From a virus, in IMG/VR virus record IMGVR_UViG_3300048929_000179, positions 85,882 through 119,956 of that record: a DNA stretch of 34,075 bases; one strand, written 5' to 3'. Positions 9,012 through 18,734 of this stretch are shown here, piece by piece. Made by a program: the position numbers and the translations under genes. How positions within the stretch are numbered: position 1 is the first letter of the stretch; each line of letters begins with the position of its first letter. Below the pieces are notes generated by a model. It was given only the letters and a program-made list of their open reading frames with translations, was not told where the DNA came from and did not search any database.

Positions 9012-9740
9012 ATGAGGTTTGGCAGGCTTATTGTATTAAAAAGAACAGACATTAAAAAAGGCAAATATGTTTACTGGGATTGCATATGTGATTGTGGAAA
9101 TAAGACTACAGTAGCTGGGCGCAACTTAAAAATGGGGTCAACAAGTTCTTGTGGATGTCTTAGAATTGAAAATACAATTAAACACAATAAAAATATGGAT
9201 AAATCTATTCGTTGTAAAAAAGTAAAAGAAAACAAATATGATTTGTCAGATGATTATGGAAAATGTTATTCAGTTAATAATGACGAAATATTATTTGATT
9301 TAGAAGATTATGACTTAATATCTAATTATTATTGGAGGGTAGTTGTAAGAAATAATTGCAATTATAAAAGAGTGATGACAAAAATTAATGGAGTTGAAAT
9401 ACCAATGCACAAGGTGATTACAAGAAAATCATATTTAGATCATGAAAATCGAAATCCATTAGACAACAGGAAGAGCAATCTTAGAGAAGCAACGTTTTGT
9501 CAAAACTCATCAAATAGAACAAAACAGTCAAATAATACAAGTGGAGTAATAGGAGTAGTATATAGAACAGATTCGGATAAGTGGGAAGCACGCATTAATA
9601 TTAATAAAAAAGAAACTAAATTAGGCGTATACATAAATTTTGTAGATGCAGTTATAGTGAGACTGAACGCAGAAAGGGAATATTATGGTGAATTTGCTCC
9701 ACAAAAACACTTATACAAACAGTATGGAATAGAAGAATAA
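9012..9740 (+). CDS. HNH endonuclease with C-terminal AP2 domain (free-standing homing endonuclease)
   Basis: (DLTG)MRFGRL...WDCICDCG; DHENRNPLDNRKSNLR HNH motif; SGVIGV...KWEARI AP2 motif. Confidence 0.85.
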   Translation: MRFGRLIVLKRTDIKKGKYVYWDCICDCGNKTTVAGRNLKMGSTSSCGCLRIENTIKHNKNMDKSIRCKKVKENKYDLSDDYGKCYSVNNDEILFDLEDYDLISNYYWRVVVRNNCNYKRVMTKINGVEIPMHKVITRKSYLDHENRNPLDNRKSNLREATFCQNSSNRTKQSNNTSGVIGVVYRTDSDKWEARININKKETKLGVYINFVDAVIVRLNAEREYYGEFAPQKHLYKQYGIEE

Positions 9741-9762
9741 ATAACAGGAATTGGTGTGATAT

Positions 9763-10788
9763 ATGCTAAATGACATTAAGAAAGAATTGTTAAATCACCC
9801 AGATAAACTGAAGGAAGTTCTTGAGCATTTTGGTTATTGTAATGTAGTGGTAAGACCTAAGTATTTACAATTTGGTAGAGCAATTGATGCGTCAAAAAAG
9901 TCCATAGTAATTAAACTTGAAAACAATCAGTATTTATATGTCCGTGATTTTGCTAGGAACATAGAAAAAGATTTGTTCGGTTATATAAGTGAACAGAAAA
10001 GAATTGATTTCTCGGAAGTCCTATCTGTAATAAAAGATGTTTTACATATAACAGACTACTATGACTTTTTTGACAGCAAAGGAATTTTCGGAGGGTTTTA
10101 TGAAAGAGTAAGAAAACGTAATATAAACAAGGTTAGAACATATGAAAATTCAATATTAGATCACTACATAAAGTGTGGGAATTTACGATTTCTTAATGAC
10201 AATATTTCACTTGAAGCACAGCGATTCTTTAATATCATGTATGATGTGGAATCACAAGGAATTGTAATTCCTATATATAACCAACTCGGACAGATAATGG
10301 GTGCAAAAGTAAGATGTAACTATGAAGTTCCAGATGGAGAAATGAAATATTACTATTTGGTTCCATGTGCAATGTCTCAAACACTATACGGATACTCACA
10401 CAACTATAATTTTCTCGTTGGAAACGTTATATTAATTTTTGAAAGCGAGAAAAGCGTCATGCAATGTTTTTCATATGGAATTAGAAATTGTGTGGCTATC
10501 GGTAGTGGGTCAATTAGTCCAAAGCAAATACAAATACTCTATGAATTAAATCCAAAGGCACTAATATTCATGCATGATGTTGGCTTTGAACTTGAAAGTA
10601 TAGTGCGGAACATAAACATTTCAAAGTCATATTCAAGATTTTCGGAGATAAGTTTTGGATATTGGGACTATTTCAATAAGAATTATAAAAACAAGATTTC
10701 TCCATCTGATTCAGGTAAAGATGAACTTTTAAGAATATTACATAGCGAAATAAAAATGATTGGAAGTGATGAGGACGACGAATTATAA
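9763..10788 (+). CDS. DNA primase (TOPRIM; YorJ-like)
   Basis: IVIPI, KYYY, LYG, IFESEKS and FMHD TOPRIM-like motifs; lies between helicase and RecJ. Confidence 0.75.
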   Translation: MLNDIKKELLNHPDKLKEVLEHFGYCNVVVRPKYLQFGRAIDASKKSIVIKLENNQYLYVRDFARNIEKDLFGYISEQKRIDFSEVLSVIKDVLHITDYYDFFDSKGIFGGFYERVRKRNINKVRTYENSILDHYIKCGNLRFLNDNISLEAQRFFNIMYDVESQGIVIPIYNQLGQIMGAKVRCNYEVPDGEMKYYYLVPCAMSQTLYGYSHNYNFLVGNVILIFESEKSVMQCFSYGIRNCVAIGSGSISPKQIQILYELNPKALIFMHDVGFELESIVRNINISKSYSRFSEISFGYWDYFNKNYKNKISPSDSGKDELLRILHSEIKMIGSDEDDEL

Positions 10789-12379
10789 CATTTTGAACGA
10801 TTGTCGTGGAATGTATGAAGAAGAAATTTTTGAAACAGTATTGGGATCGAGAGGAATAACTGATGTGAATAGATTTTTGAACCCAGAAGAAGATGATTTA
10901 TTGCCATTAGACTCACTAAAAAATATAGATGAAGCTTTTAGTAAACTAGATACTGCGCTGAACGATTCTAGCACGATTGGAGTTTTCTTCGATACTGACT
11001 GTGACGGAATTACATCTGGAACCATTATGACTAGATATCTGTGGAATCTTACTAAAAAAGAAAATGTTAAAACATTTATTAATGAAGGCAAAAAGCATGG
11101 GTTGAAATCACAGGATTTAAATAATTTTGATGGACTTGATTTATTGATTGTGGTGGACAGTTTAGACAGCGACATTAAGCAATATAAAAGATTAACTGAA
11201 AAGGGGATTAGTGTTATCGTCTTAGACCACCATGCAATAAAAAGCGATGTCCCATATGAAAAATATGTAACGCTCGTATCCTCACAGATTGGTTATGACA
11301 ACAAAGCATTGTCTGGCGCGGGTGTTGTATGGAAGTTTTGTAAATATGTAGATGAACAATATTTAACCGATTATGCAGATTCTTTGATTGACTTGGCTGC
11401 GTGTGGAATTATCGCAGACATGATGGATATGACTGTCATGGAAAATAGGCATATAGTCTCAAAAGGACTCGAAGCCATACAGAATCCTGCAATTAAGAAA
11501 ATCGTTGGTAGTTTTGAATTTAACAGCACGGCAGTTTCATTCAGTATAGCTCCTTTAATAAATGCAGCAAATAGAATGGGGCAGAATGAATCAGCTATGA
11601 ACGCTTTTTTGGCTGACGATAACAAAGAAGTTTTAAAGTACGTTAAAGAACTAAAAAAATGTAAAGAACAACAGAATGAAGAAGTGAAGTTATTATTGCC
11701 CGATTTGCTAGAACAATGTGAAACACAGATTGACAAAAAGACGATTGTCGCATTAATTAATACTCCTCATGGAATCAGTGGATTAATCGCGAACAAATTA
11801 CTTGAAAAATATCAGCGCCCAATATTAGTAATTAAAGATTGTGATAGTGTGTTTGCTGGATCTATGAGAGCCATAGGGGTTGATGACTTTAGAAAGATAT
11901 GTAATGAAAGTGGTTTAGCAAAAGCAGATGGTCATGAATTGGCAAGCGGTATAGAAATTGAGAAAGTCAATTATAATAAATTTATTGATTACATAGAAAC
12001 AAATCTCCCAGAATTGAAAACTGACTTTTCACTAGATGTCGATATTAGAATAAATATTGATGACTTGACTAGGAAGTTGGTAGACAAAATTAAAACTATT
12101 GACAGAGTGTCAGGGGAGGGATTCAAACCAGTCAAAGTATTTATAGATGGCATTGACGAGTATGAGATTGGACAGATGAGCGACTATAAGCATTTAGTGA
12201 TTAAGCCAAACAATTACACAAATATTATTAAGTGGAATTTTACAGGTTCATTTGATGATATGGAAGAGTCGAGTATGATGAACGATGAATTGGAAATAGT
12301 TTGTAATCTCGATTCTGGTTTCTTTGGTCGAAACTTTGTACTGAAGGCGGTATGCGATGAGATAAAGGTGGTGAGTTAA
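10769..12379 (+). CDS. recJ: RecJ-like ssDNA exonuclease (DHH/DHHA1)
   Basis: DTDCDG, VVD, LDHH, SGAGV, ADMM, PLINAANR, GSMR and GHELASG motifs. Confidence 0.9.
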   Translation: MRTTNYNILNDCRGMYEEEIFETVLGSRGITDVNRFLNPEEDDLLPLDSLKNIDEAFSKLDTALNDSSTIGVFFDTDCDGITSGTIMTRYLWNLTKKENVKTFINEGKKHGLKSQDLNNFDGLDLLIVVDSLDSDIKQYKRLTEKGISVIVLDHHAIKSDVPYEKYVTLVSSQIGYDNKALSGAGVVWKFCKYVDEQYLTDYADSLIDLAACGIIADMMDMTVMENRHIVSKGLEAIQNPAIKKIVGSFEFNSTAVSFSIAPLINAANRMGQNESAMNAFLADDNKEVLKYVKELKKCKEQQNEEVKLLLPDLLEQCETQIDKKTIVALINTPHGISGLIANKLLEKYQRPILVIKDCDSVFAGSMRAIGVDDFRKICNESGLAKADGHELASGIEIEKVNYNKFIDYIETNLPELKTDFSLDVDIRINIDDLTRKLVDKIKTIDRVSGEGFKPVKVFIDGIDEYEIGQMSDYKHLVIKPNNYTNIIKWNFTGSFDDMEESSMMNDELEIVCNLDSGFFGRNFVLKAVCDEIKVVS

Positions 12380-15300
12380 ATATTTACACATTTACATGTT
12401 CATACACTGTATAGTTTATTAGACGCAAATATAAAAATAGACGAATTGTTTGATCGTATTCTTGAACTTGGGCAGAAATCAATTGCAATAACAGATCATG
12501 GAAATATGTATGGTGCTGTTGAGTTTTATAAAAAAGCTAAAGAAAAAGGTGTTAAACCTATAATTGGCTGCGAATGTTATATCTGCTCAGATGTTACCGT
12601 TATGAGCAGAGAGAACACTATGTATCATTTGATACTGCTAGCAAAAAATGAAATTGGACGGCAGAACCTACAGAGGTTGATTAAAGAATCTACCAAGTAT
12701 AAGTTCAATAAGCGACCACGAATTGATTTTAGCATGTTGGAAAAATTTCATGATGGGTTGATATGTCTGAGTGCTTGTATGGCAGGAGAAGTGTCGAGAG
12801 CACTTTCATCTGGGAAACTTGAAGTGGCAATGAATATTGCAAGAAAGTACAAAGATTTGTTTGGCGAAGATTATTATATAGAATACCAGGCACACGAAGA
12901 ATCTGAACAGCAAGAGCTTAATGTAAAATTGGTTAGGCTGGCTAATATGCTTGATATAAAATACGTTGTAACATGTGACTCTCACTATTTGACTGTAGAA
13001 GATCAGAAATATCACAGCATATTTGTAAAAATTGGGCAAACAAGAGAAGTTGGAGAAATGTACAATGATTGTTATATACAGTCAGAAGACGATGTTAAAG
13101 AAAAATGCCAGAGCACAATTGAATATAACTTAATTGCAATAGCAAACACACAGGAAATCACAGATAAGTGTAATGTAGATTATCCACTTTCTGCTCCAAT
13201 TATACCACATACAGACATTCCAAAGCCTTATAAATCTGAAAAACAATATTTACAAAACTTGTGCAACACTGGTTTTAAGAATAAAGGATTCTTTGATTGG
13301 AACCTAGAACAGTGGAAACAATATATGGCTCAGATTATATACGATGAAAACGGCAATGAAACGAAAAGAGAATTTATACATTTTAATACCGTTGAAGAGA
13401 TCGTTAAGATTTATAAAGATAGAGCCAGATATGAAATAAATGCTGTGTTAAAAATGGGGTTTGAGGGATATTACTTATTGGTTCACAGCTATATTTCGTC
13501 TGCGGAGAGAAGGGGGATAGCAAGGGGAAGTTCTGGTGGGTCATTATTGGCATATTTAAGCGGAATAGTAGATATTGATCCTATTAAATATGGGTTATAT
13601 TTTGAAAGATTTATTGACGTTGGCGCATTAGATTTACTTGAATCAAATCAAATTACAAAAAAAGAATTAAAAATACCTGATGTAGATGCGGACTTTTCCC
13701 CTAAAGATAGAGATAAGGTAATGAATCACATTATAGACACTTATGGGTGGGAGAACGTTGTATGCCTTGGTTTATTCCAGTATATTTGGGCGAAGGGAGC
13801 AATTAAAGATATTGGCAAGGTTCTTGGTATTCCGTTTGAAATAACTAACGAAATGACAAAGTTGCTTGATAATGAAACAATTGACGAAGCATTGGAAAAT
13901 GGAGTGCTTGATTCATATAAAGATGACTATCCAGAACTATTCGAATATGCCTCTAAATTGTCTGGACTGCCAAAGTCGTTTGGAATGCATCCTTGTGGAA
14001 AGGTAATTTGTATGAAAAATGCTGATTACTATAGTGCACTTGAGTATGTTCCAGATAAGGATGTTTGGGTTTTACAAGGTGATATGCACACAGCAGATGA
14101 CTTAGGACTTGTAAAAATAGATCTTCTTGGTTTGCGTACATTGGACGTAATATATGATGTGCTTGAAATGATTGGCAAAGATTATGAATTTATAGCTCCA
14201 CATAAAATAAATCTTTGTGACAAAGAAGTTTGGAATGAGTTTAGAAATGGAAATTCACTTTTGATTTTTCAGTTTGAGTCACAAGGAATGCGACGAATGC
14301 TTTCTGATATGAAGTGTAATAGTATTGATAACTTGTCGGCAGCTAACGCATTATATAGACCTGGAGCAAAGGCATACATACCAAACTATATAGCAAGAAA
14401 AAATGGTTTAGAGCCAATCGTATATTTGCACGACGACTTGATACCAATATTGGAAAATACATATGGAATTATAGTCTATCAGGAGCAGTTGATTGAAATT
14501 GGTAAACTTGCTGGATTGAGGAACCCAGATGAACTCAGGCAAGCTACTGCAAAGAAAAAGCCAAAGTTAATGGCAAAAATTGAGCCAGAGTTGAAGCGCG
14601 GATTAATGAATCGAGGTTGGACTAAAGAACAAGTGGATACTTTGTGGGACGATATATTAGAGTTTGCAAAATACTCGTTCAATAAATCTCACTCAGCCGC
14701 TTATGCACTGACGGCATACATAACAATGTATTTAAAAGTTCATTATCCTACAGAATTTATTACAGCATATGTAAACTCATATGAAGGGGATACAAATAAG
14801 ACTGCCGAAGTGTTAGACGAAGCAAAAAGAATCGGTGCTGTTTTTAAATTTGATAACTGGAAACTTATAAAAGGTAAAACAACGTGTGAAAATGGGATCG
14901 TTTATCTGGGGATTAATACACTAAAGGGGTTTGGCGAAAATGTGTCAAATGGATTACATGAGATTGGAACGCAATCATGTGGAACCTTTGTGGATCTTAT
15001 TAAATTATTTAACACGTGTTCAGATGTTGATAAATCACAGTTTGAAGCCATGATAAAACTTGATTTCTTTTCAGAGTATGGCAGAGCAGGTAAGTTGTTA
15101 AAAATTTATACATTGTATAATGATATCTATAATGCAAAAGTTTTTAATAAAGATAAACTTCCTATAGATGAAAATATAATTAAAAAGTATGCGAGAGAAA
15201 CTAAAAAACAATTTAGAGATATAGACAATGTTGGACTGTTTAATGAGTTGTGTGGTGTAATTGAAGACAAGGGATTATCGTTAAAGGCGCAAATTAAGAA

Positions 15301-15598
15301 TAAGTTTGAATATCAGGGTATCGTAGATTATGTTGATAGTAGACTCACTGATTTTGCATATGTACTAAAAACCAATACCAAATACTCACCTAAAGTAAAG
15401 TTGTATTATCTTGGAAGTGGCGAAACTGAGGTGTGTAAGATTTCGAAAAAGATTTTTACCAACAATCCAGTAGACATTGGGGATGTAATCCAAATGATAG
15501 ACATAAAGAAAAAGTTCAAGTACGAAAAAGTTGGTGAAGAATTTATTCAGAACACAAGTGCATATGACACTTGGATTGAACAATACATAATAAAGTAG
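12380..15598 (+). CDS. dnaE: DNA polymerase III alpha subunit (DnaE), ATA start
   Basis: PHP domain (I/M)FTHLHVHTLYSLLD begins at ATA 12380; AITDHG, RGS, PDVDAD, KIDLLGL, YQEQ and FNKSH motifs. Confidence 0.95.
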   Translation: MFTHLHVHTLYSLLDANIKIDELFDRILELGQKSIAITDHGNMYGAVEFYKKAKEKGVKPIIGCECYICSDVTVMSRENTMYHLILLAKNEIGRQNLQRLIKESTKYKFNKRPRIDFSMLEKFHDGLICLSACMAGEVSRALSSGKLEVAMNIARKYKDLFGEDYYIEYQAHEESEQQELNVKLVRLANMLDIKYVVTCDSHYLTVEDQKYHSIFVKIGQTREVGEMYNDCYIQSEDDVKEKCQSTIEYNLIAIANTQEITDKCNVDYPLSAPIIPHTDIPKPYKSEKQYLQNLCNTGFKNKGFFDWNLEQWKQYMAQIIYDENGNETKREFIHFNTVEEIVKIYKDRARYEINAVLKMGFEGYYLLVHSYISSAERRGIARGSSGGSLLAYLSGIVDIDPIKYGLYFERFIDVGALDLLESNQITKKELKIPDVDADFSPKDRDKVMNHIIDTYGWENVVCLGLFQYIWAKGAIKDIGKVLGIPFEITNEMTKLLDNETIDEALENGVLDSYKDDYPELFEYASKLSGLPKSFGMHPCGKVICMKNADYYSALEYVPDKDVWVLQGDMHTADDLGLVKIDLLGLRTLDVIYDVLEMIGKDYEFIAPHKINLCDKEVWNEFRNGNSLLIFQFESQGMRRMLSDMKCNSIDNLSAANALYRPGAKAYIPNYIARKNGLEPIVYLHDDLIPILENTYGIIVYQEQLIEIGKLAGLRNPDELRQATAKKKPKLMAKIEPELKRGLMNRGWTKEQVDTLWDDILEFAKYSFNKSHSAAYALTAYITMYLKVHYPTEFITAYVNSYEGDTNKTAEVLDEAKRIGAVFKFDNWKLIKGKTTCENGIVYLGINTLKGFGENVSNGLHEIGTQSCGTFVDLIKLFNTCSDVDKSQFEAMIKLDFFSEYGRAGKLLKIYTLYNDIYNAKVFNKDKLPIDENIIKKYARETKKQFRDIDNVGLFNELCGVIEDKGLSLKAQIKNKFEYQGIVDYVDSRLTDFAYVLKTNTKYSPKVKLYYLGSGETEVCKISKKIFTNNPVDIGDVIQMIDIKKKFKYEKVGEEFIQNTSAYDTWIEQYIIK

Positions 15599-15606
15599 GT
15601 GAAAAC

Positions 15607-16137
15607 ATTAAATATTATTATACAGAAAAACAATTAAAGGAACTTGTTTCACACCTCGTAATACTACATACATCAAACGAGCAAAAGAATCAACACATTC
15701 TGGATTACTTTGACAAGAAGAATATTAAACATAAATCAAGAGCACTAAAAACCGGAGACTATTCCTTCATGATTGAAGCATGTCCAGAGCTGGGATTTAC
15801 CAAGGACACATACTTCACAGATGAACTGTGCATCGAGAGAAAGAATTCTGTTGATGAACTGGCAGGAAATATCAAGGAGCATGATGAAAGATTCTTCAAA
15901 GAGCTAAACCGTATGATCAATATTAATAACTGTTACGTTCTGATTGAAGATAATCGTATAGACGATATCATTGAACACAACTATCGGTCAGAATATAATG
16001 AATCAGCGTTTATAAGAAGGCTGATCGGAGTACAAAAGGTATCTAACTTCTATCTCAACTTTGTCAAGAAAGAGAATATGGGATACATGATATATGAGAT
16101 CTGCTACAGCGCTCTAATGAATCAAATATTGAAATAA
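15607..16137 (+). CDS. ERCC4-domain structure-specific endonuclease, probable ATT start
   Basis: LKTGDYS motif (upstream of ATG 15769) and IERKNSVDEL; AGGTGA SD before ATT 15607. Confidence 0.8.
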   Translation: MKYYYTEKQLKELVSHLVILHTSNEQKNQHILDYFDKKNIKHKSRALKTGDYSFMIEACPELGFTKDTYFTDELCIERKNSVDELAGNIKEHDERFFKELNRMININNCYVLIEDNRIDDIIEHNYRSEYNESAFIRRLIGVQKVSNFYLNFVKKENMGYMIYEICYSALMNQILK

Positions 16138-16150
16138 TGGTAAAAATGTA

Positions 16151-16218
16151 TGTGCAATATGCACTAATATACGGTTGATATACACATATAAACAACGATA
16201 ATTTGTGTATATTGCACA
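16151..16218. promoter_or_regulatory. Pair of TGTGYA-N3-TGCACW palindromes (operator-like), also forming one large inverted repeat
   Basis: TGTGCAATATGCACT at 16151-16165 and TGTGTATATTGCACA at 16204-16218. Confidence 0.5.
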
Positions 16219-16223
16219 ACTAA

Positions 16224-16253
16224 ATCACCGAAAAACACTGGTTTTACAGAGAA
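16224..16253. repeat. 11-8-11 junction site 6
   Basis: ATCACCGAAAA-ACACTGGT-TTTACAGAGAA. Confidence 0.7.
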
Positions 16254-16271
16254 TAAAAATTGGAGGCAAGC

Positions 16272-16640
16272 ATGAAAGATATCTTTGAAGAAATTATTGA
16301 ATGGTTAAAGTACGAACAATATCAACATGAAATTTTTGCTAGACTAAATGATAAATATACACCAATACATGAGAGTCGAATAGGCGGACTAGGCGATGCA
16401 ATAGATATTATACGGAAAACTACTGATGAACTATGGGTATCTGCTGATGAGGAACCTGATACAAATGGAGAGTATATTATTCGTTGTAGAAGATGCCACG
16501 ATGATAAAGAAGTTGTTTCATCTGCAAAATATTGTTTTGGAGAGTGGAAGATAAGTAATGCCTTTGATTTAATATGTTGGACTACATATTCAAGGTTATT
16601 TAATCGTGATGAATGCGAATTAGAAGAAAGTGAGGATTAA
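16272..16640 (+). CDS. Hypothetical protein with DUF551-like C-terminus
   Basis: GGAGG RBS; WVSADEEPDTNGEYII...W pattern. Confidence 0.6.
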   Translation: MKDIFEEIIEWLKYEQYQHEIFARLNDKYTPIHESRIGGLGDAIDIIRKTTDELWVSADEEPDTNGEYIIRCRRCHDDKEVVSSAKYCFGEWKISNAFDLICWTTYSRLFNRDECELEESED

Positions 16641-16908
16641 ATATGGAACTAGACTTATACAAATTTTTCAGAGTAGTAATGTATCCTCCTATGAACCTAC
16701 AGAGTGGGATGGAGAAAAACATTATTTAGTATGGTTATATTTCTGGGGAATAGCTGATTTCGTAAAGTTAATGGAAGGATTTGGGGTAGATTTTTCAGAA
16801 GGTGGATACGATGTGAATCTTCAGAGGGATGGTGTTTGTGTAGATTTGAATGATTTGTATTTATACGATATTGATTTAGATAAAGTATTTGATATGGAGG
16901 AGGATTGA
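16630..16908 (+). CDS. Hypothetical protein
   Basis: 92-aa ORF overlapping its neighbours. Confidence 0.55.
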   Translation: MRIKYGTRLIQIFQSSNVSSYEPTEWDGEKHYLVWLYFWGIADFVKLMEGFGVDFSEGGYDVNLQRDGVCVDLNDLYLYDIDLDKVFDMEED

Positions 16909-17222
16909 TGAAAAATCAATTAATTTCAGAATGGCTTTTAAAAGCAAAGATAAAGGAATTAGAAGAAAATAATAAAACCACAGGGAGAGATGAGTTTTAT
17001 TATGTAATGTGCAAAAGAGAACTTGAAATCATCAAGAGATTAAATATTCAGATTGATATGTTTGGTGAAGATGATGAATTCTATAATAGACTATCTGACG
17101 AGACACTTGACGTGTATTTCACGCCTACACCAAAAAGATATGAAATAGAGAAGAGTCAAGAATTATATAGGTACTTAGAAGGGTTCGTGCATGAAATGGA
17201 CGCTATAAAGCGGTCAGAGTAG
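16908..17222 (+). CDS. Hypothetical protein
   Basis: GGAGGAGG RBS. Confidence 0.7.
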   Translation: MKNQLISEWLLKAKIKELEENNKTTGRDEFYYVMCKRELEIIKRLNIQIDMFGEDDEFYNRLSDETLDVYFTPTPKRYEIEKSQELYRYLEGFVHEMDAIKRSE

Positions 17223-17251
17223 AATAAATAGAACTTCAATTTGACAGGGAA
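17222..17251. repeat. 11-8-11 junction site 7
   Basis: GAATAAATAGA-ACTTCAAT-TTGACAGGGAA. Confidence 0.7.
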
Positions 17252-17267
17252 CTAGGAGGTGAACATC

Positions 17268-17414
17268 ATAAAGAATATTTTAGAAATGAATGTAGATGAA
17301 ATAAAGGAATTAGTAAACACTTATAATAAAACAGGAGAATGGACTGGAGAAGGTGGGATAGGAGATATGTTTGATAGGCTGGCTGAATTATGGAATGAAT
17401 TGGGAGAAGAATAA
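17268..17414 (+). CDS. Small hypothetical protein (48 aa), probable ATA start
   Basis: Perfect AGGAGGTGA SD 5 nt before ATA; open to TAA at 17412-17414. Confidence 0.55.
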   Translation: MKNILEMNVDEIKELVNTYNKTGEWTGEGGIGDMFDRLAELWNELGEE

Positions 17415-17582
17415 ATGCACTCAGTTGGAGATATAGTAGAATTTAGAAATAAGCCATACATAGTTATAAATGAAGATTTTGAATGTGGTGGTATATGTAT
17501 TAGGAATTGTAAGACTGAAGAAATACAAGCCAGTTATTCTGATAGTAAAATATGTTGGAGAAGAAGTAATTACGGATTATGA
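17415..17582 (+). CDS. Small hypothetical protein (55 aa)
   Basis: GGGAG RBS; MHSVGDIVEF... (SH3/KOW-like start). Confidence 0.5.
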   Translation: MHSVGDIVEFRNKPYIVINEDFECGGICIRNCKTEEIQASYSDSKICWRRSNYGL

Positions 17583-17630
17583 TCAAGAATCATTGAGTGA
17601 AATAAGAAGAGGAATGTAGGGAGAAACAAG

Positions 17631-17987
17631 ATGACATATCAAGAATATATCAATAAAAAGAATGAGTTAGAAAGTTGCATCAGAAAACTTGAGGGCGAAT
17701 GGAATCTTAATAAAAAAGATGACTATGCAAATAATGTTGGAAAATATTACAAATCTTCTAATGGACTGGAATTTGGGCGTATAACATCAATGGGAGGCAA
17801 TCGTCCGGAGTATCTGTGCAAAGAAATTTCTAAAGAAACCAGCGGAGGATTTTATTATTCCACAATGGAAGAGTATGACGTCACTTATTTTTTACGAAAT
17901 ATGTCGTGGATCACTGAGGGGGAATTTAATCACATTCTAAACATGACCATTGACAATGTTAAATGTGAATTTGTGGGAGGCTGCTAA
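17631..17987 (+). CDS. Hypothetical protein
   Basis: AGGGAG RBS. Confidence 0.7.
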   Translation: MTYQEYINKKNELESCIRKLEGEWNLNKKDDYANNVGKYYKSSNGLEFGRITSMGGNRPEYLCKEISKETSGGFYYSTMEEYDVTYFLRNMSWITEGEFNHILNMTIDNVKCEFVGGC

Positions 17988-18238
17988 TGGAACTACTTCA
18001 CAAAATTGAAAAATATGCTAGAGAATTGGGTTATGATTTTCTAATCAGGGTTGATGACGAAGAAGGGGATTGGTTTGTACATTTTTGCAAATACGAACCA
18101 ATTGAATACAAATACGAAGGACATACAAAAACTAAGACGCTTACCGACGATTTCGCATGTGTATATACTAATGTCTTAGAAGACACATTAAAATGGCTGA
18201 TTGACCGGATTGAAAACGAGTTAATTAAGGAGAGTTAA
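17987..18238 (+). CDS. Hypothetical protein
   Basis: GGAGG RBS, TAATG overlap. Confidence 0.7.
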   Translation: MELLHKIEKYARELGYDFLIRVDDEEGDWFVHFCKYEPIEYKYEGHTKTKTLTDDFACVYTNVLEDTLKWLIDRIENELIKES

Positions 18239-18242
18239 CGAT

Positions 18243-18434
18243 ATGAGAGGATTAGAAGTTGTAGCATGTCTATCATTAATGATGATAATCGGAGCCAGTG
18301 ATATGCTTTTATTTAAAACAAGAGTTTTGTCTACATGGATAAATTCTAAATCTGAAATGAAGAGATATTTATCAAAGAATGACTATTATATTTGGAGTTG
18401 TAGTAATAAGGAGGGTTCACATGGCAGTAAGTAG
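18243..18434 (+). CDS. Small hypothetical protein, hydrophobic N-terminus
   Basis: AAGGAG RBS; the 3' end may be frameshifted. Confidence 0.45.
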   Translation: MRGLEVVACLSLMMIIGASDMLLFKTRVLSTWINSKSEMKRYLSKNDYYIWSCSNKEGSHGSK

Positions 18435-18723
18435 AAACGCTTTATATAATATGGATCAGGCTTCGCAGGAATTAATGATTCAAGAAAATATTCTTAAATG
18501 TCTAATTGACATTCAGACAACTTTGCAGCTTTTAGTCGATAAAGAAGTCGTCACAAGAGAAGAAGTTGCCGAAATGCGAAGTAAGGTAACCAATCAATCG
18601 AGATATAAGGGAACCATCGAGAGTATTCAGCAAATGAAAGATGGGGTTGAGTATTATAAAAATAACCCAGAAGCACATCTTAGAGACGTGCTTAAAGCAA
18701 AAATGGAAGGGAAAGTAAAATAG
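18421..18723 (+). CDS. Hypothetical helical protein
   Basis: AAGGAGG RBS before ATG 18421. Confidence 0.7.
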   Translation: MAVSRNALYNMDQASQELMIQENILKCLIDIQTTLQLLVDKEVVTREEVAEMRSKVTNQSRYKGTIESIQQMKDGVEYYKNNPEAHLRDVLKAKMEGKVK

Positions 18724-18734
18724 AGAGGGCTTAA

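Noticed and set aside
14665-14695. Intein in DnaE, or intron/intein in NrdD or the helicase
   Set aside because: FAKYSFNKSH is contiguous, protein lengths are normal and no splice motifs are visible.
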